58,491 nucleotides of DNA from an uncultured Peptococcaceae bacterium (lineage in GTDB: Bacteria > Bacillota > Dehalobacteriia > UBA4068), in the NCBI GenBank assembly GCA_964368605.1, contig CAYJBP010000002.1, positions 1 to 58,491 of the forward strand, in the 5' to 3' direction. The translations under genes and the position numbers were made by a program. Below the pieces are notes generated by a model. It ran no database searches and was not told the origin of the DNA. It saw nothing but the letters and a program-made list of their open reading frames with translations. Within the stretch, counting starts at the first letter, position 1. Each line of letters begins with the position of its first letter. This document shows, piece after piece, positions 46,276 to 56,516 of this stretch.

Positions 46276-47183
46276 ATTTCCACCTCGTAAACTGCTAAAT
46301 TTGCTTTTTCTGTATTGCTTAAGTAGGGGCTTTGTTTGAATAGTTGATAATTATCAGCCAATATTGATAAAATTTGCGGCCTTAATGCTTGGCAATCGTT
46401 TAAATTATGCTTGTCGATTTTGCTCAGCATCGATAGCATAAAAGAGCAATAATAATAGCTAAATGCCTCAAATTGATTAGGAAAACGGCTGCATAGAAAA
46501 GCATGACGCTTACCATAGGCCTGAATATATTCGGCTAAAATTGCATTGTTGAGCAGGGAATAGTCATCAGTCCAGGCCGAATTATTGCCGCTATGGCGGC
46601 TAATATGATATTTCAGCAAGCCATGATAGGCAACTATATTAGCCTTGGCTAATAAGCGATAAGTTAACCAAATATCATCAAATTGGCTATGGATTGGAAA
46701 TTCCAGCCCCTTAAATAATTGCTTTCGCCATAGTTTTGCCGGCAGGCCTACTGTATATTTTTGGCGTTTAAGTAATTCCAAAACAGCATTTTCGGCATTA
46801 AAGTGTTCTTTTTGGGCGAATTGGCGACCGCTAATACCGCAAATTGCGCAATCGGCTGCATTTTCTTGGATTAAATCAGCTAAAAACTGTAAAAAATCAG
46901 GCTCGGCATGGTCGTCATCATCAAAAAAGGTGATATACTGCCCTTTAGTCAATGCTAATCCTTGCTTGCGAGCGGCGGCAATGCTCGTTTGCGGCTGATG
47001 ATAAAGCTTAATACGGCTATCTTGTTTTTGATAATCGGCGGCAATTTGGGGGCTTAAATCACTAGATCCATTTTCGATAATTATTAATTCAAAGTTGGTA
47101 TATGTCTGTTTTAGCAGGCTATTTAATGCGCGTGGTAAAAAATGCTGCCGATTATGGCTGATTAAAATCACCGAGATTTCCAT
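46263..47183 (-). CDS. Family 2 glycosyltransferase
   Basis: 'ISVILISHNRQHFLPRALNSLLKQTYTNFELIIIENGSSD' and 'FFDDDDH'. It starts 3 nt after the spoIIIAH stop. Confidence 0.85.
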   Translation of the reverse strand: MEISVILISHNRQHFLPRALNSLLKQTYTNFELIIIENGSSDLSPQIAADYQKQDSRIKLYHQPQTSIAAARKQGLALTKGQYITFFDDDDHAEPDFLQFLADLIQENAADCAICGISGRQFAQKEHFNAENAVLELLKRQKYTVGLPAKLWRKQLFKGLEFPIHSQFDDIWLTYRLLAKANIVAYHGLLKYHISRHSGNNSAWTDDYSLLNNAILAEYIQAYGKRHAFLCSRFPNQFEAFSYYYCSFMLSMLSKIDKHNLNDCQALRPQILSILADNYQLFKQSPYLSNTEKANLAVYEVEICLK

Positions 47184-47186
47184 AAA

Positions 47187-47831
47187 TTATTCCCGATTGA
47201 TAATAATCACATTTTCATAGTCCACCCCGGTAACCCCGGCCACCGCTTCGGCTATTTGAGCAGATTTTAAATCATCCATGATAATGGAAACCACCACTGT
47301 AACAGTGCCCTCGCCAATCATCACTACCGTTTCGCCAAAATTTTTGGCGGCCAACACATTTTCGGTCATCAGCTCATATTCCAGATTACGGGCTATATTT
47401 AGTTTTTGTTTGGTGGCCGTATCACGCATCTCTACCGAGGAATGAGGATCGTCTACAATGCTCTGTAGCAGCTCTAAGGCCTCGGCACGCACTTTTTCTC
47501 GCTCTAGGCGATACTCGCTATAAAAAGAATCAAGCTCTTCTATGGCCTCTGTTTCGGCCATGGCAGCTTCTGTATCAGGGGCTATCTCTTGATTGGCCGC
47601 TTGATCAGCCTGAGCATCGTTTAGTTGCTCCTTTGGCTCGGGTATGGTTTGCGGATTTAGCAACATGCCTGCTACAGGAGCTTCGGCCGGTAAAGAGCCT
47701 TGGATTTGACTATGTACAATATCATAGATAAAAAGTCCGATGCTTAACATGACAATAATTGTGGTAATTAATTTGATTTTGCTTAGCCTTTTTTTCTCTC
47801 GCCCACCATTAAATTTTACTTTTTTCATCAT
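47187..47831 (-). CDS. spoIIIAH: Stage III sporulation protein AH
   Basis: Last gene of the conserved spoIIIA order, with an N-terminal TM and 'FYSEYRLEREKVRAEALELLQSIV' in a YscJ/FliF-like C-terminal region. Confidence 0.85.
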   Translation of the reverse strand: MMKKVKFNGGREKKRLSKIKLITTIIVMLSIGLFIYDIVHSQIQGSLPAEAPVAGMLLNPQTIPEPKEQLNDAQADQAANQEIAPDTEAAMAETEAIEELDSFYSEYRLEREKVRAEALELLQSIVDDPHSSVEMRDTATKQKLNIARNLEYELMTENVLAAKNFGETVVMIGEGTVTVVVSIIMDDLKSAQIAEAVAGVTGVDYENVIIINRE

Positions 47832-47849
47832 ATTGCCTCCTTAAAAAAA

Positions 47850-48419
47850 TTAATTTTCTGCTGCTAAAACTTGAATTCGATTTAAGCTAAGCCCGGTTAA
47901 AGTTTGGGTTGCCAAATAAATTTTTTCCCTAATTTGGCTATTTTCCGCCCCCACAGCCACAATTACAGCTCCATTTACAAGGGGCATATTTTCTTTAAGC
48001 AAAATCGGCTGCGAATTAATTTCGGCAATGGTTAGGCTTTGATCGCTTTGATTGGCAGTTGATATGTTTTGATTATCATTATCGGTATCATCACTGATAT
48101 TAGTGCTGGTCTGACTATTTACTGCATACTCGTAGCTGCTGCTTTGGCTATAGGTTAAGGCAACTTCCACAGCACCCACCCCGTCGATTGCTTCTATAAT
48201 TCTTAATAACTTAGCTTCCATATCATCGCTTATTATGGCTTGTTCGCTATTTGCTATGGGTGTATTTACTGCTAAATCATCCTGCTCAGTATTAAAAAAC
48301 CCCGAGCCATACATTAATGTTATTCCTAAAATTGCCAAAGCCATTATCCTAATAAATAATTTGCGGTCGGCAGCATTTAGGCGCTGCCAAAAGCGATTTT
48401 TAGTTTCCGTTTGGCTCAT
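47850..48419 (-). CDS. spoIIIAG: Stage III sporulation protein AG
   Basis: Position, size, N-terminal TM and C-terminal 'GAVIVAVGAENSQIREKI' pattern. Confidence 0.8.
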   Translation of the reverse strand: MSQTETKNRFWQRLNAADRKLFIRIMALAILGITLMYGSGFFNTEQDDLAVNTPIANSEQAIISDDMEAKLLRIIEAIDGVGAVEVALTYSQSSSYEYAVNSQTSTNISDDTDNDNQNISTANQSDQSLTIAEINSQPILLKENMPLVNGAVIVAVGAENSQIREKIYLATQTLTGLSLNRIQVLAAEN

Positions 48420-48423
48420 AATA

Positions 48424-48930
48424 TCACCTCGTAATAAAATTTAACTGATTATTTGATAATCCAAAAAAATTGTACATTAAAGTGGTAATTTTTTGTATAG
48501 AATCGGCTTGGTTGGCTGTGTCTGCAAGCTCTAATTCAATATTCAGTGCTTGCAATAATCCCTGGCTATCCAAATCGGCCTTAACTATGGCCGATATTAT
48601 TTGATTATCCATCAAAATTAAGGAGCTTGCTTGCTGTTCGATATCCTGGGTATATATGAGCATGCTTTCGGAGTTCATACTATCCAAAATTTCCTGCCCC
48701 TGATCAAAAGTGCTATCAATATCTAAATTTGGTATTTGATTATAGTTTTTTAGATTGAAATTTAAGTTTATACCATTACTAATGGGCACAATTATCAAGG
48801 AAATTAATAATAAGCCGATGATTAGGCGCACCATACCTCGCAATTTGCCGGCTGGTGCCAAAATTTCCCAAAAAGAACTTATCAGTACCAAAAGTGCAAT
48901 ATTACGGACAATGCTCAAAACAGTATCCAT
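48424..48930 (-). CDS. spoIIIAF: Stage III sporulation protein AF
   Basis: Position and size. Two N-terminal TM segments ('ALLVLISSFWEILAP...'). Confidence 0.75.
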   Translation of the reverse strand: MDTVLSIVRNIALLVLISSFWEILAPAGKLRGMVRLIIGLLLISLIIVPISNGINLNFNLKNYNQIPNLDIDSTFDQGQEILDSMNSESMLIYTQDIEQQASSLILMDNQIISAIVKADLDSQGLLQALNIELELADTANQADSIQKITTLMYNFFGLSNNQLNFITR

Positions 48931-48933
48931 AGT

Positions 48934-50070
48934 TCACCTCATCATCATGGTTAAATTACCCATGCCAATTAAAAGGGCGATTGCAAAAAAGCAAAATAAT
49001 CCGCTTAGGGCTAAACAGGCAAATAGCCATAATAAAGATTGGCTAAGTCCACTTAAAACGCTAGATAGTTGTTCTTCGCCCAAAGGTTGTAAAATGGCGG
49101 CCGCCAAGCGATAAATAATTACCTGCGCCAAAATTGCTATGGCCGGCCAGGCGCAAATTAAAATAATGGCTAATGCGCCGATTAAACCAATAACATTTTT
49201 TAACATAAGAGCTGTACCTAAAACACTATCTAAAGCGTCAGCTAAAGAGCGTCCGACAATAGGGATAAAAATGCCACTGGCCGACTTAACAGCTTTAATG
49301 GCCAAGCCGTCAAAAGATGATGAAGCAATGCCCGATATGCTTAAAAAAGCGATGAAAACAGTGGTGGCAATTGTCATTATTCCCAGTGCCACATCTTTAA
49401 GCAAGCCTGCTATTTTATCTATGTTAAACTTAGGCGAAATATGCCCGATAATTCGCAGTATCGCCGAAAAATAAAGCAGCGGAAAAATAAAATTGCGCAT
49501 TAAATCCATAATTAGGGAGATGGCAAATAATAGCGCCGGCTGCAAAAAGGCAACTGTGCTTACGCCGCCTAAAGCTATTAATAATGGTAAAAGCAAAGGT
49601 AAAGTAGCATAGATTAAATCGCTCATTTGGGCAATTGCATCACGTGCGCTAGTCATGGCCAGGCTAAAAGAATTAAGGGCAATCGCCGCCAGCAATAAAA
49701 AAATTACGGCACGGCCAATCTGGCTGATATCGCTTTGGGCAAAACTATCCTTTAAAGTGTTTAATAAAACCGAAAGCATAGAAAGCCCCACCAATTGGGC
49801 AAGCAAAGCCCCCGATTGCACAACTTGCTGAAAAAATAAGCGGCTAAATGCCTGCACAAGTAGTCTTAAATCAAAATTAAGCTCGCCATTTAGCCAATCC
49901 TGCCAAAGATTGCTTAAGCTAAATCCTTCTAAATAAGTATTAAGCTGGCTATCAATTTCGCCCAAAATTAAATCTAATTGAGAGGTATCGATATATTGCT
50001 CCGCAGCCCAGGCTTTAGCCGGAAAAAAGATAAAAATAGCTATGGTTAAAAGCAAAATTAACTTTTTCAT
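48934..50070 (-). CDS. spoIIIAE: Stage III sporulation protein AE
   Basis: Signal peptide plus a polytopic 378-aa permease-like protein in the conserved position. Confidence 0.85.
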   Translation of the reverse strand: MKKLILLLTIAIFIFFPAKAWAAEQYIDTSQLDLILGEIDSQLNTYLEGFSLSNLWQDWLNGELNFDLRLLVQAFSRLFFQQVVQSGALLAQLVGLSMLSVLLNTLKDSFAQSDISQIGRAVIFLLLAAIALNSFSLAMTSARDAIAQMSDLIYATLPLLLPLLIALGGVSTVAFLQPALLFAISLIMDLMRNFIFPLLYFSAILRIIGHISPKFNIDKIAGLLKDVALGIMTIATTVFIAFLSISGIASSSFDGLAIKAVKSASGIFIPIVGRSLADALDSVLGTALMLKNVIGLIGALAIILICAWPAIAILAQVIIYRLAAAILQPLGEEQLSSVLSGLSQSLLWLFACLALSGLFCFFAIALLIGMGNLTMMMR

Positions 50071-50465
50071 GATAATAATCCCAAAATGGTCTGGCTAATT
50101 CCCGATATAATCGGCGTTGCCAATAGCAGAATGATAATTTTGGCGGCAAATTCAATTTTTAGCGCTAAAGAACCTTGTCCGCAATCCCTACATAATTGGC
50201 CGCCAAATTCGGCTATGTAAGCTATGCCGATAACCTTAATAATTATGGCCAAATATTGATCGGAAATACCCGTTAAGGCACTTAAATCGCTAAAAATGGC
50301 AATTAAGGCATTTAAGGAGGGCAAAAGGAGAATAAAGATAAGGCTACCTGCTGCTAAGACTAAAATTAAAGCCAAGCTGGGCAGGCGGCTTTGCTGCAAA
50401 AATAGGCCAAAGATGGCACTGATTAAAGCCAGCCCAACTACGGTGATTATCGATATCGAGCTCAT
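50067..50465 (-). CDS. spoIIIAD: Stage III sporulation protein AD
   Basis: 132-aa hydrophobic protein with 'IAEFGGQLCRDCG', typical of SpoIIIAD. Confidence 0.85.
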   Translation of the reverse strand: MSSISIITVVGLALISAIFGLFLQQSRLPSLALILVLAAGSLIFILLLPSLNALIAIFSDLSALTGISDQYLAIIIKVIGIAYIAEFGGQLCRDCGQGSLALKIEFAAKIIILLLATPIISGISQTILGLLS

Positions 50466-50473
50466 ATTTCACC

Positions 50474-50671
50474 TCAATATAATTTAAAAACGGCCTGCAC
50501 CCCGGCAAAAAGCTCACGGATAATCGGTAAAACCCGTAATAAGGCGATGGCCAGGCCTACGATTAGGGTTAAATAGGCAAATTCATCACGGCCTGCTTGC
50601 TTTAAAAATGTATGCAAAACGGTAACGGCAATGGCCAAAGCTGTAAGAAAAAAAATTATTTCGGTTTCCAT
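50474..50671 (-). CDS. spoIIIAC: Stage III sporulation protein AC
   Basis: 65-aa two-TM protein in the conserved position. Confidence 0.8.
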   Translation of the reverse strand: METEIIFFLTALAIAVTVLHTFLKQAGRDEFAYLTLIVGLAIALLRVLPIIRELFAGVQAVFKLY

Positions 50672-50685
50672 AAAAGGCCTCCTTT

Positions 50686-51195
50686 TTAGACTAATAATAA
50701 AATCAGTGCCAAGGCGCAGGCAATTACCAGGCTTTTATATACTTTGGCCTGCTCAGCATGCTTTTGGATGGCTTTTTTCTCGGCGGAGGCCATTTTTAGG
50801 CGAATTAATTCTAGGCATTTAAGCTGATGCTTACTATCCGATAATCCTAAATTGAGGCCAAAGGCCAGTAAATCGGCATATTCATCGGGATTAAGCCGGG
50901 CTTGATGCGGTTTTAAGGCTTGTTCCCAGGCAAAATCGGCGCTAACTCCTAGATTTTCGGACAGTATTTTTGCGGTTTTGGCAAAAATATCGGCTGCGCT
51001 GCCGGCACCCTTAGCGGCCAAGTTTAAGGCCAAAGGCAAGGGGTTTTGCATAAAAGCAATCTCTTTTTCTAATAATAAAAAGCCTTGTTGCAAGTCGGTT
51101 AAAAGTAGGCGATGCTTTAAAAGGCCGGCTGTTAAAAGGCGGCCAAGGGCAATAGCGGCAATGGCTATCAATAGAGCTCCGCTAATTTTTAGCAT
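50686..51195 (-). CDS. spoIIIAB: Stage III sporulation protein AB
   Basis: 169 aa with N- and C-terminal TM segments and a GspF-like soluble domain. It overlaps the spoIIIAA stop. Confidence 0.8.
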   Translation of the reverse strand: MLKISGALLIAIAAIALGRLLTAGLLKHRLLLTDLQQGFLLLEKEIAFMQNPLPLALNLAAKGAGSAADIFAKTAKILSENLGVSADFAWEQALKPHQARLNPDEYADLLAFGLNLGLSDSKHQLKCLELIRLKMASAEKKAIQKHAEQAKVYKSLVIACALALILLLV

Positions 51196-52154
51196 AAAAT
51201 ATCCCCCCTAAGCAGCGGTTTTAAATTGCCATCATAAATAGATTCGATAGTACCCGGCCCTTTGCGCCTGGATAAAAAAATGATGCGCTCAAAATCCCCA
51301 GCCTTTAATATATCACTTAATACGGGGCGGCTCATTAGCTGCTCCGGGCTATCACCATGAGCCGTGGCCAGCACTTTTATGCCGGCATTAGCTGCCTCGC
51401 GCAGGGCTAAGGCATCCTCCATACGGCCGATTTCATCGCAAGCAAGCACCTGTGGCGACATAGATCTAATCATCATCATCAGCCCCTCGGCCTTGGGGCA
51501 GCCATCTAAAATATCGCTACGCTTACCTATATCTAGCTGGGGAATTCCTCGATATAAAGCCGCCAATTCCGAACGCTCGTCAACTACTCCCACCCGTTTG
51601 GGCATTAAATATGTACCCTCGGAAAGTTGATAAATCAAGTCCCTGAGCAAGGTGCTTTTGCCGGCACGGGGCGCCGCCACGATAAGGCTGCTGCCTATAT
51701 CGGTACCTATTGTTAAATAAGGTAGTAGTTTGAGAGCCGATCCATATATTGGTCGTGCCAAGCGGATATTTACTGATGAAATATCCCTAATGCCTTTTAC
51801 CAGGCCATTTTCTAAAGTAACTCGTCCGCAAAGGCCGGCACGATGGCCACCCGGCAGGGTAATATAACCACGTCGCAATTCTTCGTCTAAGGCATAAAAG
51901 GAGTTATCGCTGATTAATAGCAGCAAACTGCGCATAATTTCATTGTCGCAAATTATCGGCTTTTCGTCCGCAATGACTAAGCCGTTTTCAGCCTGTAAAA
52001 AGCCCTCTTGATCATTAAATCGTAAAAGCAAAGGGCTATTAATATTAAAGCGAATTTCCTCAATGGTGGCCTGTTGCATTGGGCTAAGATCGGCAATTGC
52101 TTGCTTAATTAAAGGCGGCAGATAATTGTTTAGCTGGGCTAATTCTTTATTCAT
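51189..52154 (-). CDS. spoIIIAA: Stage III sporulation protein AA (secretion-type ATPase)
   Basis: Walker A 'AAPRAGKSTLLRD', 'VGVVDERSE', 'ACDEIG'. First gene of the operon. Confidence 0.9.
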   Translation of the reverse strand: MNKELAQLNNYLPPLIKQAIADLSPMQQATIEEIRFNINSPLLLRFNDQEGFLQAENGLVIADEKPIICDNEIMRSLLLLISDNSFYALDEELRRGYITLPGGHRAGLCGRVTLENGLVKGIRDISSVNIRLARPIYGSALKLLPYLTIGTDIGSSLIVAAPRAGKSTLLRDLIYQLSEGTYLMPKRVGVVDERSELAALYRGIPQLDIGKRSDILDGCPKAEGLMMMIRSMSPQVLACDEIGRMEDALALREAANAGIKVLATAHGDSPEQLMSRPVLSDILKAGDFERIIFLSRRKGPGTIESIYDGNLKPLLRGDILC

Positions 52155-52277
52155 GCTAGGCCTCCTTTTTTAGCTTATATAGATGATTATGAATTAAAGA
52201 CAGGCTTTAGAACTGTTTTTTGCATAAGTCTAATTAATTAGGGCAAGCTATAAATAATGATGGCTTAAGGAGGCTTT

Positions 52278-53786
52278 ATGGTCTGGCGTAAACTAACAAA
52301 AGGCGAGCTATCGCCTAATATAGAAGCCAATATTAGCTATATTAAAGGGCAAATGGCCGAAGGGCTGGATATTATTTATCGCGAATTTCGCTTAGGTAAT
52401 GGGCAAAAGGCTTTTGCTTTCTTTTTAGAAGGCCTGGTTAATAGGGATATTTTGGATCGTGATTTATTCCGCCCTTTGATGTTAGCGCAGGATAAGGGTT
52501 TTTATCAAATTGAGGAGCTGGCTGAACAAATTTTGCCGGCGGCCTCGGTAAAAACTTGCCCCGATTTGGATACTTTAATCGAGGGAGCTTTACAGGGTTT
52601 AACGGTGCTTATTGTTGATGGCAATAGCCTTGGCCTGCATGTTGAGGCCGTGGGTTGGCAGCAGCGTGGCATTAATGAGCCTTCTACGGATATTGTAATT
52701 CGTGGCCCACGCGAGGGTTTTGTCGAAACAATGCGTATTAATATTGCGATGATGCGCCGCAAAATTCATCATCCCAGCCTAACGGTGGAAACGATGCGCT
52801 TAGGCCGCCTTAGTAAAACCGATTTAGCAATAATTTATATTGATGGAGTTGTCAATAAAAGTGTGCTTAAAGAAGCTAAAAGGCGTTTGGCTAAGATTGA
52901 TATTGACGGTATTTTGGATTCCGGCTATATCGAACAATTAATTCAGGATACCCCTTATTCGGCTTTTCCCACGATTGGTATCACCGAAAAGCCTGATATT
53001 GCCGCTGCCCGTATTTTGGAGGGGCGATTGATGCTGATTATCGACGGTTCGCCGGTTGCCCTTACTATGCCGATGTTTTTTATCGAAGGTTTGCAAAGCC
53101 CGGAGGATTATTATACCCGTTTTTTTTATGCCAGTTTTATACGCTTGATCAGGGGTTTAGCCTTAATAATTGCTTTGCTTTTGCCGGGATCTTATATTGC
53201 GGTGGCCAGTTATCATCAGCAATTAATTCCTGTAAATTTGATGTTTTCGATGCTATCGGCCGAGGCTAATACGCCGTTTTCGGCCGGCACTTCAATTGTA
53301 TTAATCAGTTTGGCTTATGAAATCCTGCGCGAGGCAGGGGTGCGCTTACCAAGGCCGGCCGGGCAGGCGGTAAGCATTGTGGGGGCAATTATTATGGGCG
53401 ATGCCGCTGTTAGTGCCGGTTTAATATCAGCGCCAATTTTAATTGTGTTGGCAATTACGGTAATATCTTCTTATATTGCGGCCAATTTGGTGGATGCGGT
53501 AACGATTTTGCGTCTGGCTTTTATTGCTTTAGGTTGGTCTTTGGGGATGTTTGGTATTTTATTTGGCATCATAACTTTGATGATGTATTTAAGTAGCCTG
53601 CGTTCTTTTGGCATCCCTTATTTTAGCCCCTTTGCCCCCTTGGCAACCAGCGGTTTGCAGGATAGTTTTGTGCGTTTTCCGCTATTCAAAATGATTAAAA
53701 GGCCGACCTTTTTAAGCAAAAATAGACAAAGAATGAGCCCCGATATGCGCCGGGAAATGTTTAAGGGGGTAGGGGATGAAAACTAG
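52278..53786 (+). CDS. Spore germination protein, GerA-family A subunit
   Basis: 'IRGPREGFVETMRINIAMMRRKI' and 'GYIEQLIQDTPYSAFPTIGITEKPD', followed by a C-terminal TM bundle. Confidence 0.9.
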   Translation: MVWRKLTKGELSPNIEANISYIKGQMAEGLDIIYREFRLGNGQKAFAFFLEGLVNRDILDRDLFRPLMLAQDKGFYQIEELAEQILPAASVKTCPDLDTLIEGALQGLTVLIVDGNSLGLHVEAVGWQQRGINEPSTDIVIRGPREGFVETMRINIAMMRRKIHHPSLTVETMRLGRLSKTDLAIIYIDGVVNKSVLKEAKRRLAKIDIDGILDSGYIEQLIQDTPYSAFPTIGITEKPDIAAARILEGRLMLIIDGSPVALTMPMFFIEGLQSPEDYYTRFFYASFIRLIRGLALIIALLLPGSYIAVASYHQQLIPVNLMFSMLSAEANTPFSAGTSIVLISLAYEILREAGVRLPRPAGQAVSIVGAIIMGDAAVSAGLISAPILIVLAITVISSYIAANLVDAVTILRLAFIALGWSLGMFGILFGIITLMMYLSSLRSFGIPYFSPFAPLATSGLQDSFVRFPLFKMIKRPTFLSKNRQRMSPDMRREMFKGVGDEN

Positions 53787-54960
53787 GGTTTTATTGCCGA
53801 TTTTGCTGATATTAAGCTTGCCAATAATGTCCTCTTGCTGGGATCAAAGGCAATTGTCGGATATGGCTTTGGTTTTGGGATTGGCCATTGATTTGGCCGA
53901 AACCGAATCGGGTGAATCGCAAATGCTGCTTACCGTGGAGATTGCCGATATTAGCGATAACCCAACTGCCGCCACAGCCAAGGTTTTTAGCGCCCAAGGG
54001 CCTACAATTATGGCTGCAATTGGTAATTTGGCGCAAACTGTTGATAAATACCTGCATTGGGGGCATATGCAAAGCTTGATTATTAGTAGCGATGCGGCCA
54101 GCCAAGGTTTAGATCAGTATATTAATATTTTCTTTAATGATCATGAAATGAGCCCGCTAATTTATATCTTTATCAGCGAAGGAGCAGCTAAAGACGTTCT
54201 TGATGGTCAATTAGGGCTTTCGCGCTATTTGGCAGGCGGCCTGCGTACTTTAATCGGCAAAAAAACCAATATTAGCAATGGCTATATTAGCGGTATTAGT
54301 ATTCATCGCTATATGGAAGATAGTAATATGGAGAATTGCGGACTGTTATTACCATTGGTTAGTGAATATAAAGAACCACAATTGGTTACTGGTGGTTTGA
54401 CAAATGATCCACATGATGATGATCAAAAAACAGCCTATTATTTGCGAGGAATGGCCATTATTGATGAAGATAATAATTATAGCGGCTATTTGCAAGGTAA
54501 TGAAAATTTGGGAGCATTGATGATAAATGGCCGGGTAAACGATTTTGAATTGATATTATATGATCCTAAAAATAAAATTACCATTAGTTTGGCTGTTAAT
54601 GATTGGCAATTGCAAAAAGATTGGCAAATTGATCGGCAAACCGAGCAGTTAAAACTAAACTTGCAAGGCAAGGCGGCAACTATTTTAAATGAAGAGCAAA
54701 AATATTTGAATTATTATCAACCTGAACAAAGGCAATATTTGCAGGACTTGGCTGCTGCGGAATTAGAAAGGATAATGTTACTGGCCTTTAAGCAAGCTCA
54801 AGATTTAGAAAATGATTTTTTGCTTTTGGGTCGTGATTTATGGCGTTATCATTATCAGGATTGGCAGCAGATTAAAGAGCAATGGCCTAAGGCGATGGCT
54901 AATATTGATTTAAGCTTTGATTTGGATGTAAAGGTTGAATTTAGTGGTCAGGGAAATTAA
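53776..54960 (+). CDS. Spore germination lipoprotein, Ger(x)C family
   Basis: Lipobox 'IMSSC' followed by 'WDQRQLSDMALVLGLAID', typical of GerAC-type proteins. Confidence 0.85.
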   Translation: MKTRVLLPILLILSLPIMSSCWDQRQLSDMALVLGLAIDLAETESGESQMLLTVEIADISDNPTAATAKVFSAQGPTIMAAIGNLAQTVDKYLHWGHMQSLIISSDAASQGLDQYINIFFNDHEMSPLIYIFISEGAAKDVLDGQLGLSRYLAGGLRTLIGKKTNISNGYISGISIHRYMEDSNMENCGLLLPLVSEYKEPQLVTGGLTNDPHDDDQKTAYYLRGMAIIDEDNNYSGYLQGNENLGALMINGRVNDFELILYDPKNKITISLAVNDWQLQKDWQIDRQTEQLKLNLQGKAATILNEEQKYLNYYQPEQRQYLQDLAAAELERIMLLAFKQAQDLENDFLLLGRDLWRYHYQDWQQIKEQWPKAMANIDLSFDLDVKVEFSGQGN

Positions 54961-54991
54961 ATGCAATAAATGAATTAAAGGTGGGGTATAT

Positions 54992-56074
54992 GTGACGAAA
55001 ATTGTTATAGCGCCTTATCAAGGCTTGATTTTAATTGCTTTAGGTGTTTTATCAGGTATTATCCCTCTTTATGCAATTGGTAGCAATTTGGGGCATAATA
55101 TCTGGTTAGCTTTTATTTTTAGCCCACTTGCGGCTATTATGCTTTATTTTTTGTATAAAAGGCTTAATCACAAAATGCAGGGCATAAGCCTGGATATAAT
55201 ATTTAGCAGGCATTTAAGCCCTGCTGTGGGCCGGTTTTGTGCATTATTATTTATTCTTTGCTTGGCTATAATAAGCTCATATTATTTATTTTCGGCTTTA
55301 GGTTATTGGCAAATAATGATTATGCCGCAAACCCCTTTTGGCATATATTGCCTATTATTTTGGGGATTAAGTCGCTTTATCAGTGCCCTTGGCTTAGAGG
55401 TTTTGGGGCGTGGTTTATTAATTTTTGTTATAGGTTTTGCTTTTATCGCTACAGTTGATAGCCTGTTTTTAATCAGCGAGATGGATTTTGCCCGTTTTTT
55501 GCCTATTATTACCGCCAAGCCCGCCCAAATTGGCTTAAGTGCGGGGGCGGCAATGATTTTTTTATTCGCCTTAAGCCCGATTATTTTCTTTATTTATCCG
55601 CATATTGAATTGAAAGAAGGGTCAAAATCGGCGCAGATGCTCTTTTGGGGCTTGCTTTTGCCTGTTGGCTATTTTATGTTGGCGGCCTTGCGCAATACGG
55701 CGGTTTTTGGCGATGCCTTGATTTTTAGCGATTTTCCTACTTTGGAGGCGGTTAGGATTATTGAATGGGGGCGTGGCATTGCCAGATTGGAATTGATAGC
55801 CCTTTTATCTATCGAAAGCATAGCTATTTTAGCTGCGGTTTTGATATCGCATATCATCTCGCGATTAATAAACTGCCTGGCAAATGGCCTAAGCAAATAT
55901 GCCGACAGTTTAGGTAGCCTATTAGTTGCCTCCTTAACTTTTTTATGGCATCAGTTTAGTAATTATATAAATAATAGTTGGGTTTTAATTACTTTTTTGA
56001 TTTGCTTAATAACTATGTTATTAATCGCCTCTATTAGTATAATAAAATTTTATAAAAGTGATTGTCAAATATAA
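54992..56074 (+). CDS. Spore germination protein, GerA-family B subunit (APC-like permease)
   Basis: 360 aa with about 10 TM, adjacent to the A and C subunits. GTG start after AGGTGGGG. Confidence 0.8.
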   Translation: MTKIVIAPYQGLILIALGVLSGIIPLYAIGSNLGHNIWLAFIFSPLAAIMLYFLYKRLNHKMQGISLDIIFSRHLSPAVGRFCALLFILCLAIISSYYLFSALGYWQIMIMPQTPFGIYCLLFWGLSRFISALGLEVLGRGLLIFVIGFAFIATVDSLFLISEMDFARFLPIITAKPAQIGLSAGAAMIFLFALSPIIFFIYPHIELKEGSKSAQMLFWGLLLPVGYFMLAALRNTAVFGDALIFSDFPTLEAVRIIEWGRGIARLELIALLSIESIAILAAVLISHIISRLINCLANGLSKYADSLGSLLVASLTFLWHQFSNYINNSWVLITFLICLITMLLIASISIIKFYKSDCQI

Positions 56075-56145
56075 AACTATATGTTATAATTAAAACACAT
56101 ATAATGTAACAATTTGTAGAGTTATAATAAAAAGGGGGCACCACT

Positions 56146-56442
56146 ATGGGTTTTGAAAGTCGCTTTAAAAATGATAGTATTGATGAACTTTTTAAAGGAA
56201 TTTTATTATTAGATAGCGAGGATGAATGCTATCGTTTCTTTGAGGATTTAACCACAATTCCGGAGATTAAATCCTTGGCACAGCGCTTGCAAGTGGCCAA
56301 AATGTTGGTCGCTAATGAAACATATACAGCCATATCCGAAAAAACCGGCGCATCTACTGCAACGATTAGTCGTGTAAAAAATTCCTTGCATTATGGGGCG
56401 GATGGTTATAAGTTAGTTTTGGAAAAACTAGGCATACTTTAA
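56146..56442 (+). CDS. YerC/YecD (TrpR-like) family DNA-binding protein
   Basis: 98 aa, 'LLLDSEDECYRFFEDLTTIPEIKSLAQRLQVAKML' and 'YTAISEKTGASTATISRV'. Confidence 0.85.
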   Translation: MGFESRFKNDSIDELFKGILLLDSEDECYRFFEDLTTIPEIKSLAQRLQVAKMLVANETYTAISEKTGASTATISRVKNSLHYGADGYKLVLEKLGIL

Positions 56443-56478
56443 GTTTTTTCGGTTTTAGGTTGATATTGTTATTAGCAA

Positions 56479-56516
56479 GCAAGCTGCATCATATAAAGAA
56501 GCAGCTTGCTTTTTTT
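56479..56516 (+). terminator. Rho-independent terminator
   Basis: gcaagctgc-N13-gcagcttgc followed by ttttttt. Confidence 0.65.
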
